Below are positions 40,564-51,221 of a DNA stretch of 64,000 nucleotides, piece by piece. The translations under genes were made by a program, and so were the position numbers. The DNA lies in NCBI GenBank assembly GCA_036386495.1, contig DASVVP010000129.1, positions 3,464 through 67,463 on the forward strand, written 5' to 3'. The notes below the pieces were generated by a model. That model made no database searches. It was given only the letters and a program-made list of their open reading frames with translations, and was not told where the DNA came from. Numbering within the stretch: position 1 is the first letter of the stretch; each line of letters opens with the position of its first letter. Source of the DNA: Allosphingosinicella sp. Lineage in GTDB: Bacteria; Pseudomonadota; Alphaproteobacteria; Sphingomonadales; Sphingomonadaceae.

Positions 40564-42423
40564 ATGGGGCCGGTGACCGACAGCTTCGACATCATCGTGA
40601 TCGGCGGCGGCCATGCCGGGGTTGAGGCCGCGGCCGCCGCAGCCCGGATGGGCGCGTCGGTGGCACTCGTCACCTTTGATCGCAGACAGATCGGCGCGAT
40701 GTCGTGCAACCCGGCGATCGGCGGTCTCGGCAAAGGACACCTGGTCCGGGAGGTCGACGCCTTCGACGGTATTATCGCTCGCGCCGCGGACTGGGCCGCG
40801 GTCCACTACCGGATGCTCAACGCGAGCAAGGGGGCGGCGGTACGTGGGCCCCGCGTCCAGGCGGATCGGAAGAGGTTCAAGGCCGCCGTCCAGGAGAGGG
40901 TCGCCGCGCAGCGCGGCTTGCAGGTGATCGAAGGCGAGGCCGCGTCGCTCATCCTCGAGCGCCGCCAGGTAACGGGCGTCGAGGCTAGCGGCCGGCGGTT
41001 GGCGGCCAAGGCTGTCGTGCTGGCCACCGGGACCTTCCTCGGCGGCAAGCTTCATTTCGGGATGACGAGCCGCGCCGGCGGCCGGATCGGCGAGCGCGCG
41101 GCGACAAGGCTCGCCGGGCAACTCCGCGGCCTCGGCCTGCCGCTGGCGCGGCTCAAGACCGGGACGCCGCCGCGGCTGGATGGCCGCACGATCGACTGGG
41201 CCGCGCTGGAGCGGCAGGAGTCGGACGGAGAGGGCTGGATGATGTCGCCGATGAGCGACGACCGGCCGGCCCCTCAGCTTTTTTGCGGGATCACGCGGAC
41301 CAACATCCGCACGCATGCGATCATCCGCGCCGCCCTCCACCGCTCACCCCTTTTCGCGGGAGATATTAGCGGAGTCGGGCCGCGTTATTGTCCTTCCATC
41401 GAGGACAAGGTCCACCGCTTCGGGGACCGCGACGGGCACCAAGTCTTCCTCGAGCCGGAAGGTCTCGACGATGCAGCGGTCTATCCGAACGGCATCTCCA
41501 CCTCGCTCCCCGAGGACGTCCAGCTCGCCATGGTGCGCTCGATGCCGGGCCTGGAGCGAGCCGAGATCCTGCAGCCGGGCTATGCCGTCGAATACGACCA
41601 TGTCGATCCGCGCATCCTCGATGCGACGCTCGCGGTGCGCGACGTCGGGGGCCTCTATCTCGCCGGGCAGATCAACGGCACGACCGGCTATGAGGAGGCC
41701 GCCGCGCAGGGCCTCGTTGCGGGCATCAACGCGGCCGCCCGGGCCGCCGCAAAGCCGCCGCTCATTCTTGACCGCGCGGATTCCTATATCGGCGTGATGG
41801 TCGACGACCTCGTCCTGCAGGGCGTCACCGAGCCCTACCGGATGCTGACAGCCCGCGCAGAATATCGGCTTCGCCTGCGCGCCGACAACGCCGAGCGGCG
41901 GCTTACGCCGCGCGCGATCGTGATCGGCTGCATATCGGAGGAGCGGCGCCGGCATTTCGCGGCGGACGAGGCGGAGCGCGTGCTGATCGAGGCCGCCCTC
42001 GCCGTGCCTCACGCCCCGCAGCAGCTCCGGGAAGCGGCGGTGCGGGTTCGCGACGAGGGGGCGCCGCGGACGCTTGCCGAGTGGCTTCGCTTCCCGGAAC
42101 TCGACAGCGACGGGCTCTGCCGCCTCGTCCCGGAACTTGGTGGATGCCCGCGGCGCATCCTCGATGAGGCCGTTCAGGACCATCGCTACGCCCCTTATGT
42201 CGAGCGGCAGCGGGCCGAGCTTACGCGGCTGCGGTCGGACGACGCCGTCCACATTCCCCAAGATCTGAATTTCGCCGCCATCCCCGGTCTTTCCACGGAA
42301 ATGGTCGAGCGGCTGTCGGGCGCCAGGCCCGCGACCCTCGGCGAGGCGTCGCGTATCCGCGGCATCACCCCCGCTGCGTTGAGCGCGATTCTTGTCCATG
42401 CGCGCAGACGAGTCGCCGCGTGA
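40564..42423 (+). CDS. mnmG: tRNA uridine 5-carboxymethylaminomethyl modification enzyme MnmG (GidA)
   Basis: [45 protein letters not shown]. Confidence 0.97.
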   Translation: MGPVTDSFDIIVIGGGHAGVEAAAAAARMGASVALVTFDRRQIGAMSCNPAIGGLGKGHLVREVDAFDGIIARAADWAAVHYRMLNASKGAAVRGPRVQADRKRFKAAVQERVAAQRGLQVIEGEAASLILERRQVTGVEASGRRLAAKAVVLATGTFLGGKLHFGMTSRAGGRIGERAATRLAGQLRGLGLPLARLKTGTPPRLDGRTIDWAALERQESDGEGWMMSPMSDDRPAPQLFCGITRTNIRTHAIIRAALHRSPLFAGDISGVGPRYCPSIEDKVHRFGDRDGHQVFLEPEGLDDAAVYPNGISTSLPEDVQLAMVRSMPGLERAEILQPGYAVEYDHVDPRILDATLAVRDVGGLYLAGQINGTTGYEEAAAQGLVAGINAAARAAAKPPLILDRADSYIGVMVDDLVLQGVTEPYRMLTARAEYRLRLRADNAERRLTPRAIVIGCISEERRRHFAADEAERVLIEAALAVPHAPQQLREAAVRVRDEGAPRTLAEWLRFPELDSDGLCRLVPELGGCPRRILDEAVQDHRYAPYVERQRAELTRLRSDDAVHIPQDLNFAAIPGLSTEMVERLSGARPATLGEASRIRGITPAALSAILVHARRRVAA

Positions 42424-43049
42424 AGGACGAGTCCACGGCGCGCGAGTGGGTCCGGGCCAAATTCGATGTTCCACGTGAAACAATGGAGCGATTCGACACC
42501 TTCGAGATGATGCTCGGTGACGAGAATCAGCTTCAGAACCTGGTCTCACAAGGTAGCCTGAACGCATTCTGGGCTCGCCACATCGCCGATTCGGCGCAAC
42601 TCGTCGCTCTCGCGCCGCCAAGCGCGAGCTGGATCGATCTGGGGACCGGAGCGGGCTTTCCGGGCTTGGTGGTCGCTGCGCTGCACAACGGGCCCGTCAC
42701 TTTGGTCGAGGAGCGCAGGCTGCGGGTTGAATTCCTGCGCCGAGCGGCCCTGCTGCTCGACGTCGCGGACAAAGTCGAGGTGATCGGCGCCCGGGCGGAG
42801 CGGGTAGCACCCCGCCCCTTTGACGTGATCAGCGCCCGCGCCTTCGCGCCGCTGCCGACGCTCCTCGAACTAGGCACACGCTTTTCCACAGCAAAGACGC
42901 GCTGGATCCTCCCCAAGGGGCGAAACGCGCGCACGGAACTGGCATCCGTCGAATCGACGTGGCAGGGTGATTTCCGCATCGAGCCGAGCGTCACCGATCC
43001 CGCAGCCGGAATCATCGTGGCCGAAGGCGTCAAAAGGAAGCGCGCGTGA
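42420..43049 (+). CDS. rsmG: 16S rRNA m7G527 methyltransferase RsmG (GidB)
   Basis: [22 protein letters not shown]. Confidence 0.95.
   Translation: MKDESTAREWVRAKFDVPRETMERFDTFEMMLGDENQLQNLVSQGSLNAFWARHIADSAQLVALAPPSASWIDLGTGAGFPGLVVAALHNGPVTLVEERRLRVEFLRRAALLLDVADKVEVIGARAERVAPRPFDVISARAFAPLPTLLELGTRFSTAKTRWILPKGRNARTELASVESTWQGDFRIEPSVTDPAAGIIVAEGVKRKRA
42467..42482. other. parS site 2, inside rsmG
   Basis: TGTTCCACGTGAAACA, read as D-V-P-R-E-T in RsmG. Confidence 0.9.
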
Positions 43050-43828
43050 TCCGGATCGCAGTCGCCAACCAGAAGGGCGGGGTCGGCAAGACCACGACGG
43101 CGATCAACCTCGCCACCGCGCTCGCCGCCACCGGTTGGAAGGTGCTGCTGCTCGACCTCGATCCGCAGGGAAACGCCTCGACCGGCCTCGGCGTCGGCCT
43201 CGCGCAGCGCCACCGATCGAGCTACGAGCTGCTCACCGGCCAATGCAGCCTGGATGAGGCGGTGGTGGCGACGCGGGTACCGCGGCTGGACATCGTTCCC
43301 GCCACCGTCGATCTCTCCGGTGCAGAGATCGAACTCATTGATTTTGAACGAAGAACCCACCTTCTCGACGATGCGCTCAATGCCGTTCCGCCCGGCCGCT
43401 GGGACATCTGTCTGACCGATTGCCCGCCCTCGCTGGGCCTGCTCACCGTCAACGCTTTGGTCGCCGCGCGCCAGATCCTGGTCCCCCTCCAGACCGAATT
43501 CTTCGCCCTCGAGGGACTCAGCCAGCTCCTCCAGACGATCGAGCGGATCCGGGTGCGCTTCAATCCGCAGCTCTCCATCCTCGGCGTGGCGCTCACCTTG
43601 TTCGACAAGCGCAACCGACTCTCGACCCAGGTTGCCGACGATGTTCGCGCCTGTCTGGGCAAGGTGGTGTTCGAGACGGTCATTCCGCGCAACGTGCGGC
43701 TGTCCGAGGCGCCGAGCCATGGCATCCCGGCTTTGATCTACGATCATCGCTGCCTCGGCTCGGAGGCCTATATGGCGCTGGCCCGCGAGCTGATCGGCCG
43801 GTTGCCGGCGCGGGCGGAGGCGGCATGA
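43046..43828 (+). CDS. parA: Chromosome partitioning ATPase ParA
   Basis: NQKGGVGKTTT, DLDPQGNAS, DCPPSLG, PRNVRLSEAPS. Confidence 0.97.
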   Translation: MIRIAVANQKGGVGKTTTAINLATALAATGWKVLLLDLDPQGNASTGLGVGLAQRHRSSYELLTGQCSLDEAVVATRVPRLDIVPATVDLSGAEIELIDFERRTHLLDDALNAVPPGRWDICLTDCPPSLGLLTVNALVAARQILVPLQTEFFALEGLSQLLQTIERIRVRFNPQLSILGVALTLFDKRNRLSTQVADDVRACLGKVVFETVIPRNVRLSEAPSHGIPALIYDHRCLGSEAYMALARELIGRLPARAEAA

Positions 43829-44727
43829 GCGACGAGGCGCCGCATCGCCGCCGCCCCTCGGGCCTCGGCCGCGGCCTTTCCTCCCTGCTCGGCGAAGTGG
43901 CGCAGGAGCAGCCGGTCGACGGCGCGCCGGGAAGCGCCTCCCAGCGGGGCGGCGTCCAGTCGATCCCGGTCGCCAGCATAGAGCCCAACCTCGCTCAGCC
44001 GCGGCGGACGTTCGACGAGGAGGCGCTGGCCGAGCTCGCCGAGTCGATCCGTGCCAGGGGCGTGATCCAGCCGATCATCGTCAGGCCCCACGACGGCCGG
44101 TTCCAGATCGTCGCCGGCGAGCGCCGCTGGCGCGCGGCGCAGAAGGCGCGGCTGCACGAGATTCCGGCCATCGTCCGCGACTTCGACGACGCCGAGACGC
44201 TCGAGGTCGCGCTGATCGAGAACATCCAGCGCCGCGACCTCAACGCCATCGAGGAGGCGCAGGGCTACAAGCGGCTGGTCGAGGATTATGGCCACACCCA
44301 GGAAGAACTGGGCAAGCTCGTCCACAAGTCGCGCAGCCACGTCGCTAACCTGTTGAGATTGCTCGATCTTCCGCAGGGCGTCCAGGATCTGGTCGGCTCG
44401 GGGCAGCTCAGCATGGGCCATGCCCGCGCCCTGATTCCCGCCAAGGATCCGGAGGCGCTGGCCGAAGAGGTCGTCAGGCGCGGCCTGTCGGTGCGCGAGA
44501 CCGAGAAGCTCGTCCGCGGCGGCAAGCCGCGTCAGCTCCGGCTCGGTCCGATGGAATATAAGGGCGCCGACGCCGACGTCGCCGCGCTCGAGCGGCAATT
44601 GGGCGACATGCTCGGCCTCAAGGTCACGATCCGGCACGCGCCCGGCGGCGGCACCGTCGCGCTCGGCTATTCGACGCTCGACCAACTCGACATGATCTGC
44701 CAGCGCCTCAGCGGCGAGAAGATCTAG
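43825..44727 (+). CDS. parB: Chromosome partitioning protein ParB
   Basis: GLGRGLSSL, QPRR, GERRWRA, ENIQR, KSRSHVAN HTH. Confidence 0.97.
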   Translation: MSDEAPHRRRPSGLGRGLSSLLGEVAQEQPVDGAPGSASQRGGVQSIPVASIEPNLAQPRRTFDEEALAELAESIRARGVIQPIIVRPHDGRFQIVAGERRWRAAQKARLHEIPAIVRDFDDAETLEVALIENIQRRDLNAIEEAQGYKRLVEDYGHTQEELGKLVHKSRSHVANLLRLLDLPQGVQDLVGSGQLSMGHARALIPAKDPEALAEEVVRRGLSVRETEKLVRGGKPRQLRLGPMEYKGADADVAALERQLGDMLGLKVTIRHAPGGGTVALGYSTLDQLDMICQRLSGEKI

Positions 44728-44735
44728 GGGGGGGA

Positions 44736-44873
44736 TTCCTCCCCGCCGCGCAGCGGCGGGGAGGGGGACCAGCCGCAGGCTGGTGGAGGGGTAGAGGGCG
44801 CAGGAGTCGGAGCCAGTTACCCCTCCACCATGCTTCGCACGGTCCCCCTCCCCATGCGATGCATGGGGAGGAA
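44736..44873. repeat. Multi-hairpin palindromic repeat (TTCCTCCCC...GGGGAGGGGGACCA...TGGTGGAGGGG type), copy 1
   Basis: Left and right halves are inverted; second copy at 50551-50688. Confidence 0.85.
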
Positions 44874-44876
44874 CTC

Positions 44877-45902
44877 TTACCGCAGCCGCGCGGCCTGGCG
44901 GCAGATGGCGAAGAGCTCCTCGTCGGCGGCCAGGGCGCTGAGGCCGCCGGAGGCCTTCACCTGCCGCTCCGCTTCGACCAGGCGGCTGACGGTGCGGGCG
45001 AGCAGGTCCGCGCGCCAGCGGCCGAGCTGCCCGGCGACGGCGTCTTTTTCCTTCCAGAAGATGGACTTGGCCGCCGGTGACGCCATGACGGCGCCCACCG
45101 CATTGCCGGCCTCGACCTCGCCGCGAAGCCTTGTCAGCAACAGCATCCGGCGAAGCACGGCGCGGATCAGCGGGATCCCTTCGATCCCCTCGCTCCTGAG
45201 GCGGAGCAATTCGGCCTGGAGCAAGGCGCTGTCGCCCGAGCCGACGCTGTCGACCAGCCGCGACAGGTCGCCTTCCTCGCTGGCCGCGCCCACTGCATCG
45301 AGCGCGTCATGGTCGAGCGGGCGCGGCGCCTCGGGCGACGCGTCGGCATAGAGGGCGAGCTTGCCCAGCTCCTGCGCGATCAGGGCGCGGTTGCCGGCGC
45401 AGCTCTCGGCGAGGCGGCGGGCGAGGTCGGGCCGGACGATCAGCCCCTCGGCGCGCGCCATGTCGGCGACCAGCCGGTCGGCGTCGCGACCCTCGGGCAC
45501 GTAGCTGGCGAAAGCGAGCGCCGAGGGCTCCGCCAGAGCGAGCTTGAGCAGCTTCGAGGTCGGCCTCAGCGCGCCGGCGACCAGGGCGACCGGATTGCCC
45601 GCGCGCGGCGCCTCGATCAGCGCCTCGACCGCCGGCACGACCTCGTCCCCCGCCGGCTCGACGACGATGTAGCGCGCGCCGCCGAACAGCGAGAGGGACG
45701 CGGCCTCGTCGGCGAGCCGGGCCGGATCCTGGCGCAGGTCGGAACCGGCGAGGTCGACCCGCTCCGCGTCGCTCCCGGCGGCCGCCTTGAGCGCGCCGGC
45801 CAGCGCCCGGCTCCCCGATTCGTCCGGGCCGTGGAAGAGAAAGAAGCGCGTCTCTGCCGGCGATCTGAGGGCGCGGTCGAGCTGCGGCCGGTTCGCCTTC
45901 AC
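44877..45902 (-). CDS. holA: DNA polymerase III delta subunit
   Basis: LFHGPD, DPARLADEAASLSLFGG; leuS-lptE-holA synteny. Confidence 0.9.
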   Translation of the reverse strand: MKANRPQLDRALRSPAETRFFLFHGPDESGSRALAGALKAAAGSDAERVDLAGSDLRQDPARLADEAASLSLFGGARYIVVEPAGDEVVPAVEALIEAPRAGNPVALVAGALRPTSKLLKLALAEPSALAFASYVPEGRDADRLVADMARAEGLIVRPDLARRLAESCAGNRALIAQELGKLALYADASPEAPRPLDHDALDAVGAASEEGDLSRLVDSVGSGDSALLQAELLRLRSEGIEGIPLIRAVLRRMLLLTRLRGEVEAGNAVGAVMASPAAKSIFWKEKDAVAGQLGRWRADLLARTVSRLVEAERQVKASGGLSALAADEELFAICRQAARLR

Positions 45903-46396
45903 CGCGTGCCGCCGGTCCGCGCGGCGTAGAGGGCGAGGCGGCTGACGATCTGGTCGGCTATGTCGCGGCTGAGGCGCTCGAGCGCCGTCTGCTCGGCGGC
46001 GACGGTGGCGTAATCGGAGCTCACCACGTCGATGCCGGCGTCGGAGCCGGCGGTGGCGTCGACAAGCACCGTGCCCAAGCTTGCGTCGACCAGCCGATAG
46101 CGCGCGCGCAGGGTCCGCCGTTCGCGCGTAATCGCATCGTCGGAGCGGATGCCGAAGCCGGTAATGCGGTCGTCGAGCTCGACTTCGAGCCGGTAACGCG
46201 GCGCCGCCCCTTCCGGGCGCCGCAGCCGGTCGATCAGAGCCGTCCGGACCAGCCAGCCGGCGCGCCCGCCGATCGGGCCGACCTCGACCGAACGCAGCGA
46301 CTGCACCACCGGCCCGCGGCCGCCGCCCTGATAGAGCGGCCGCAGCCCGCAGGCGGAGACGGCCAGGGCGGCGGCAAGAAGCAGCACGATCCTCAT
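45899..46396 (-). CDS. lptE: LPS assembly lipoprotein LptE
   Basis: Lipobox [10 protein letters not shown]; position between leuS and holA. Confidence 0.85.
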   Translation of the reverse strand: MRIVLLLAAALAVSACGLRPLYQGGGRGPVVQSLRSVEVGPIGGRAGWLVRTALIDRLRRPEGAAPRYRLEVELDDRITGFGIRSDDAITRERRTLRARYRLVDASLGTVLVDATAGSDAGIDVVSSDYATVAAEQTALERLSRDIADQIVSRLALYAARTGGTR

Positions 46397-48918
46397 GCGA
46401 CCAGGTTCACCAGGCGGTCCGGGACGACGATGACCTTGCGCGGCGTCTTCCCCTCCAGCGAGCGCATGATCTTCTCCGAGGCGAGCGCCATCTCCTCCAG
46501 CGTCTCGCGCGGCGCGCCCTTGGGCGCGGTCAGCGTGTCGCGCAGCTTGCCGTTGATCTGGACCGCGATCGTCACCTCGTCGGCGACAAGCAATGCCGGG
46601 TCCGCCTCGGGCCAGGCCGCGTCGGCGACCAGCCCCTCGCCGCCGAGCGCCGCCCAGGCCTCCTCGGCGAGATGCGGCACCATCGGGGCGGAGAGGACGA
46701 CCAGGGTGCGCACCGCCTTGCTCCGCGACGCCGAGGCCGGCGCCTTCTCGATCGCGGTGGCGAGCTCGTAGAGATTGGCGACCGCCTTGTTGAAGGCCAG
46801 CGACTCGATGTTGGCGCCGGCGGCGGCGATAGTCTGGTGGAGCTTGCGATCGAGCGCCCTCTCCTCGGCAGACCCCTCGCCGCCGCCGAGCCAGGTCGAG
46901 CCGCCGCGCTCCGCCTCCTCCGAAGCGAGCCGCCACAGCCGCTGCACGAAGCGCCAGCTGCCCTGAATGCCCGCCTCCGACCATTCGAGGTCGCGCTCGG
47001 GCGGGCTGTCCGAAAGCATGAACCAGCGCACCGCGTCGGCGCCGTACTGGTCGACGATCGGCTCGGGATCGACCGTGTTCTTCTTCGATTTGGACATTTT
47101 CTCGACCCGTCCGGTGCGGACCGCGCCCGGGTGCGAGGCGGCCTCGTCGGGGGTGAGCCAGCGGCCCTCCTCGTCCTGGAAGGTGAGGTGGGTGACCATG
47201 CCTTGGGTGAAGAGGCCCTTGAACGGCTCGGCGACGTCGAGCCGGCCGATCCGCTTCAGCGCGCGCGTCCAGAAGCGTGCGTAGAGGAGGTGCAGGATCG
47301 CATGCTCGACGCCGCCGATATACTGGTCGACCGGCAGCCAGCGCTCGGCCTCCTCTCTGTCGAACGGCGTATCGGCCGGCTGGCTGGCGAAGCGGATGAA
47401 GTACCAGCTGCTGTCGACGAAGGTGTCGAGCGTGTCGGTCTCGCGCCGCGCAGGACCCGCGCATTGCGGACAGGCGACGTCGCGCCAGCCCGAATGCCGC
47501 TCGAGCGGGTTGCCCGGAAGCGCGAAGCTCACGTCGTCGGGCAGCACCACCGGCAGCTGCTCGCGCGGCACCGCCACCGGCCCGCAGGCCTCGCAATGGA
47601 CGATCGGGATCGGCGTCCCCCAGTAACGCTGGCGCGAGACGCCCCAATCGCGGAGGCGCCACACGATCGTGCCCTCGCCCCAGCCGTCGGCTTCCGCGCG
47701 GCGGATCACTTCGGCGATCGCCGCCTCGACGGCCATGCCGTCGAGGAAGCGCGAGTTCACGATGATGCCGGGGCCCGCATAGGCTTCGTCGCCGACCGGA
47801 TCGGCGGCTTCCTCAAGCGTGGGCGCGACCACGCGCGGCACGGGCAGGCCGTATTTGCGGGCGAAGTCGAGGTCTCGCTGGTCCTGCCCGGGCGCGCCGA
47901 AGATGGCGCCCGTGCCGTAATCCATCAGCACGAAGTTCGCGACGTAGAGGGGGAGCGTCCACGCGGCGTCGAGCGGGTGGATCACTTTGGCGCCGGTATC
48001 GAAGCCCTTCTTCTCCGCCGTCTCGAGCTGGGCGGCGGTCGTCCCGCCCTGCTTGCACTCGGCGATGAACGCCGCGAGCGCTTCATTCTCCTCGGCCAGA
48101 GCGAGGGCGATCGGGTGATCGGCCGCGACGGCGGCGAAGCTCGCGCCGAAGATCGTGTCCGGCCGGGTGGTGAACACTTCGCAGGACTCATGCCCCGCGA
48201 CCGGCTCCGCGAGCGCGAAGCGGAAGCGCAGGCCGCGGCTCTTGCCGATCCAGTTCTCCTGCATCAGCCGGACCTTGTCCGGCCAGCGGTCGAGCGTATC
48301 GAGGCCGTCGAGCAGCTCCGCAGCGAAATCGGTGATCCTGAGGAACCACTGGCTGAGCTTGCGCCGCTCGACCAGGGCGCCCGAGCGCCAGCCGCGGCCG
48401 TCGATCACCTGCTCGTTGGCGAGCACGGTCATGTCGACCGGGTCCCAGTTCACCTCGCTCTGCTTGCGGTAGACCAGCCCCGCTTCGTGGAGGTCGAGGA
48501 ACAGGGCCTGCTCGTGGCCGTAATAGGATGGATCGCAGGTGGCGAGCTCGCGGCTCCAGTCGAGCGCGAAGCCGAGCCGCTTCAGCTGCGCCCGCATCGT
48601 GTCGATGTTCCGCCAGGTCCATTCGCCGGGATGGACCTTCTTCTCCATCGCCGCATTCTCGGCCGGCATTCCGAACGCGTCCCAGCCCATCGGATGGAGC
48701 ACTTCGAAGCCGTTCATCCGCCGGTAGCGGGCGAGCACGTCGCCCATCGTATAGTTGCGGACGTGGCCCATATGGATGCGCCCGGAGGGATAGGGGAACA
48801 TCTCGAGGATATAGGCCTTGGGCCGCCCGCCGGCGCACTCGTCCGAGACGCGGAACGTGCCGCGTTCCTCCCAGATTTTCTGCCAGTGCGCGTCGGCCGT
48901 CAGCGGGTTGAAGCGCAT
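46393..48918 (-). CDS. leuS: Leucine--tRNA ligase
   Basis: [27 protein letters not shown]. Confidence 0.98.
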   Translation of the reverse strand: MRFNPLTADAHWQKIWEERGTFRVSDECAGGRPKAYILEMFPYPSGRIHMGHVRNYTMGDVLARYRRMNGFEVLHPMGWDAFGMPAENAAMEKKVHPGEWTWRNIDTMRAQLKRLGFALDWSRELATCDPSYYGHEQALFLDLHEAGLVYRKQSEVNWDPVDMTVLANEQVIDGRGWRSGALVERRKLSQWFLRITDFAAELLDGLDTLDRWPDKVRLMQENWIGKSRGLRFRFALAEPVAGHESCEVFTTRPDTIFGASFAAVAADHPIALALAEENEALAAFIAECKQGGTTAAQLETAEKKGFDTGAKVIHPLDAAWTLPLYVANFVLMDYGTGAIFGAPGQDQRDLDFARKYGLPVPRVVAPTLEEAADPVGDEAYAGPGIIVNSRFLDGMAVEAAIAEVIRRAEADGWGEGTIVWRLRDWGVSRQRYWGTPIPIVHCEACGPVAVPREQLPVVLPDDVSFALPGNPLERHSGWRDVACPQCAGPARRETDTLDTFVDSSWYFIRFASQPADTPFDREEAERWLPVDQYIGGVEHAILHLLYARFWTRALKRIGRLDVAEPFKGLFTQGMVTHLTFQDEEGRWLTPDEAASHPGAVRTGRVEKMSKSKKNTVDPEPIVDQYGADAVRWFMLSDSPPERDLEWSEAGIQGSWRFVQRLWRLASEEAERGGSTWLGGGEGSAEERALDRKLHQTIAAAGANIESLAFNKAVANLYELATAIEKAPASASRSKAVRTLVVLSAPMVPHLAEEAWAALGGEGLVADAAWPEADPALLVADEVTIAVQINGKLRDTLTAPKGAPRETLEEMALASEKIMRSLEGKTPRKVIVVPDRLVNLVA

Positions 48919-48940
48919 TTCGGGCCTTCAGGTAAGAGGG

Positions 48941-49408
48941 TCAGCGGATGCTGGCCGCCCGGCGCAGGTCGCGGGCGCGGGTGAGGATAATCTCCTCGAG
49001 CCGCTGGACGGTGGCGGCGGTGACCGGCGCTTCGAGCCAGTTGCCGTTCTGCAGCGTCTGGCGCGAGGCGGCGACGCGCAGGGCATCGGCGCGCAGGTCG
49101 GCGTCGAGGATCGTGACGGTCACCTTGACCCGCTCGTTGGGCGAGCTCGGATTGGCGTACCAGTCGGTGACGATGACGCCGCCGTTCGAATCGGCCTGGG
49201 TGAGCGGCGCGAAGGACAAGGTGTCCAGCGCCGCCTGCCACAGATAGGCGTTGACGCCGATCGTCGTGATCCGGCTCGCGGCGATGTCGGCCGCGCGGCC
49301 CCGATCTTCCGAACCGCCGCCGAGGGTTCGGCTGATGTCGTTCTGGATCCACTGGCAGCCGCCGAGCGCGACGGCGCCGGCGAGGGCGAGGGGTAGGAGG
49401 CGGGCCAT
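48941..49408 (-). CDS. DUF3576 family lipoprotein
   Basis: LGGC lipobox; IGVNAYLWQAALDTLSFAPL..ADSNGGVIVTDWY. Confidence 0.88.
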   Translation of the reverse strand: MARLLPLALAGAVALGGCQWIQNDISRTLGGGSEDRGRAADIAASRITTIGVNAYLWQAALDTLSFAPLTQADSNGGVIVTDWYANPSSPNERVKVTVTILDADLRADALRVAASRQTLQNGNWLEAPVTAATVQRLEEIILTRARDLRRAASIR

Positions 49409-49643
49409 GTCGATGTCCTTAGAAACTGAACGCTTCGTCCGCCGTTATAGAGGGAGCCGCGCGGGCGGCAAGCCGTCTCTCCCGACGGTTTCACGCGCGG
49501 CGGAGAGGGATCGGGGCATGCGGCCAACGGCGCATGTGGAAAAGATGCAACATGTCGGGACGATTCGCCCGCCCGCCGGCCCGGCTGCGCTAGGCAAGGC
49601 CGGGGGGGAGGTCTACATGCCGCTGGGTACGGGAGACGAGTCC

Positions 49644-50360
49644 GTGAAGAGGTTCGGGGGAATGGCGGCCTTTGGAGGCGCTGCGCTGGTCGCGGCGTCC
49701 CTGCTGCTATTGTCTCCCGCATCCGCCCAGTCCGATCGCGCCAAGGCCCAGCGGGGCGCTTCGCTTCGCGGCGGCCCGGCCGGCAGCTTCACCCCCGCGG
49801 TCGCCGATCCGCGTCTGGCGGCGGCGCTTGCGAGGCGCGGCAACGGCGCCGGCAGCTTCCGCATCACGCCCACCTCGGCCGCGGCCGGGCGACAGCCCCT
49901 CCGCGTCGCCGTCCGCGCGCGCCCCGCAACCCCGCAGCCCGGGACGGGCGTCCAGACCGCCTCCGGTACGCCGGTCACCGCGATCACGCCGACCTCCTAC
50001 AATCTCGGGGCCTCGGTCGGCTGGCGCCGCTTCGCCATCTCCGGCGACGTCGCCGAGAGCCGGGACGGCATCATCTCCGGCCGCCGCGCCTCGGCCCAGG
50101 TGGGTGTGAGCTACCGTGCCGACCAGCGGATCACCGCCCGCATCCAGGCCTCGGCCGAGCAGACCGAAGGCCGCCAGCGCATCGTCACCGACGATCAGGC
50201 CTATGCGGTCGACGTCGGCGGATCCTACTCGATCGCCCGCAATCTCGACGTCACCGGCGGCGTCCGCTACCGGATCGCCCGCGACCGCATCGAGCCCCTC
50301 GCTGCCGACCAGCGCCGCGACAGCCAGGCCGTCTATATCGGCACCGCCTTCCGCTTCTGA
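49644..50360 (+). CDS. Outer-membrane beta-barrel (porin-like) hypothetical protein
   Basis: SD GGGAGA and GTG start; signal peptide; amphipathic strands; C-terminal YIGTAFRF. Confidence 0.7.
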   Translation: MKRFGGMAAFGGAALVAASLLLLSPASAQSDRAKAQRGASLRGGPAGSFTPAVADPRLAAALARRGNGAGSFRITPTSAAAGRQPLRVAVRARPATPQPGTGVQTASGTPVTAITPTSYNLGASVGWRRFAISGDVAESRDGIISGRRASAQVGVSYRADQRITARIQASAEQTEGRQRIVTDDQAYAVDVGGSYSIARNLDVTGGVRYRIARDRIEPLAADQRRDSQAVYIGTAFRF

Positions 50361-50383
50361 TCGATTGGAAAGCCGAAGCGTCA

Positions 50384-50517
50384 CTCCCTCCCCCTTGAGG
50401 GGGGAGGGCTGGGGTGGGGGTAGACTCGTCATTTGGGAGGAGGAGGCGGTTCTTGCATCCAGCCCTCTCCGCTGACTCCACCCCACCCCAAACCCCTCCC
50501 CCTCAACGGGAGGGGCT
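50384..50517. repeat. Palindromic REP-doublet (CCCTCCCCCTTGAGGGGGGAGGG...GGGGTGGGG type)
   Basis: CTCCCTCCCCCTTGAGGGGGGAGGGCTGGGGTGGGG ... CCCCACCCCAAACCCCTCCCCCTCAACGGGAGGGG. Confidence 0.8.
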
Positions 50518-50550
50518 TAGCTCGACAGCGCCTTCAGATTCTGACGTTCA

Positions 50551-50688
50551 GTTCCTCCCTGCGAGCGGAGCTCGTGGGGAGGGGGACCACACGAAGTGTG
50601 GTGGAGGGGTAGAAGATGCAGGCCGAGCCAGTTACCCCTCCACCATGCTGCGCATGGTCCCCCTCCCCATCTTACGATGGGGAGGAAC
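50551..50688. repeat. Multi-hairpin palindromic repeat, copy 2
   Basis: Same architecture and a related spacer (GTAGA..GCAGG..GAGCCAGTTAC) as 44736-44873. Confidence 0.85.
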
Positions 50689-51199
50689 TCCACGCATCGA
50701 TGCCGGCCCAGCCATAGGCGCCTGTCAGCAGCACGTACCGCCCTTCATCCATCCCGCCGAGCGCGATCACGGGCAGCCTGGTCTGCGAGGCAAGCTCCGC
50801 GAAGCGCTCCGGCCCCAGCACCGGCGCCTCGGGATGACTGCGAGTCGCGAAGACCGGGGACAGGAACAGCGCCGCCGCACCGGCCCCCTCGGCCGCACGA
50901 ATCTCGGCGAGATCGTGCGCCGGCGCGGTCCTGAGCCCCGCACCGGGCCCGCGGCCGTGGCTGCCGTCGGCGCCCCAGGCTTCGGCCTCTTCGGCAGGGC
51001 CGGCCAGGAGCAGCAGAATCCGCCGCTTCCGCGCCGCCTGTGCCACCCGCTCGAACAAAGCGCGCCTGTCGGCCGACCCGTAGTGCCGGAAGACGATGCC
51101 GCCATCCTCCGGCAGGCGCCCGATCGCTTCGAACAGGCGGTCGCCGAGCCGCTCGTCGGTCATCAGCCATCGGCGCGGGAGAGGCTGGCGGGGGATCAT
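50672..51199 (-). CDS. Thiamine phosphate synthase / TenI-like protein
   Basis: WLMTDER, IVFRHY, LSPVFATRSHP, IALGGM, AGID. Confidence 0.85.
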   Translation of the reverse strand: MIPRQPLPRRWLMTDERLGDRLFEAIGRLPEDGGIVFRHYGSADRRALFERVAQAARKRRILLLLAGPAEEAEAWGADGSHGRGPGAGLRTAPAHDLAEIRAAEGAGAAALFLSPVFATRSHPEAPVLGPERFAELASQTRLPVIALGGMDEGRYVLLTGAYGWAGIDAWSSSPS

Positions 51200-51221
51200 G
51201 GCGGTTCCTATAGCAGCCGCG

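Noticed and set aside
44727-44734. G8 homopolymer after parB
   Set aside because: Begins in the stop codon and extends into intergenic DNA; slippage would not alter a protein.
44736-50688. Repeats as a possible CRISPR array or autonomous IS
   Set aside because: No regularly spaced direct repeats, no cas genes and no transposase ORF; these are dispersed palindromes.
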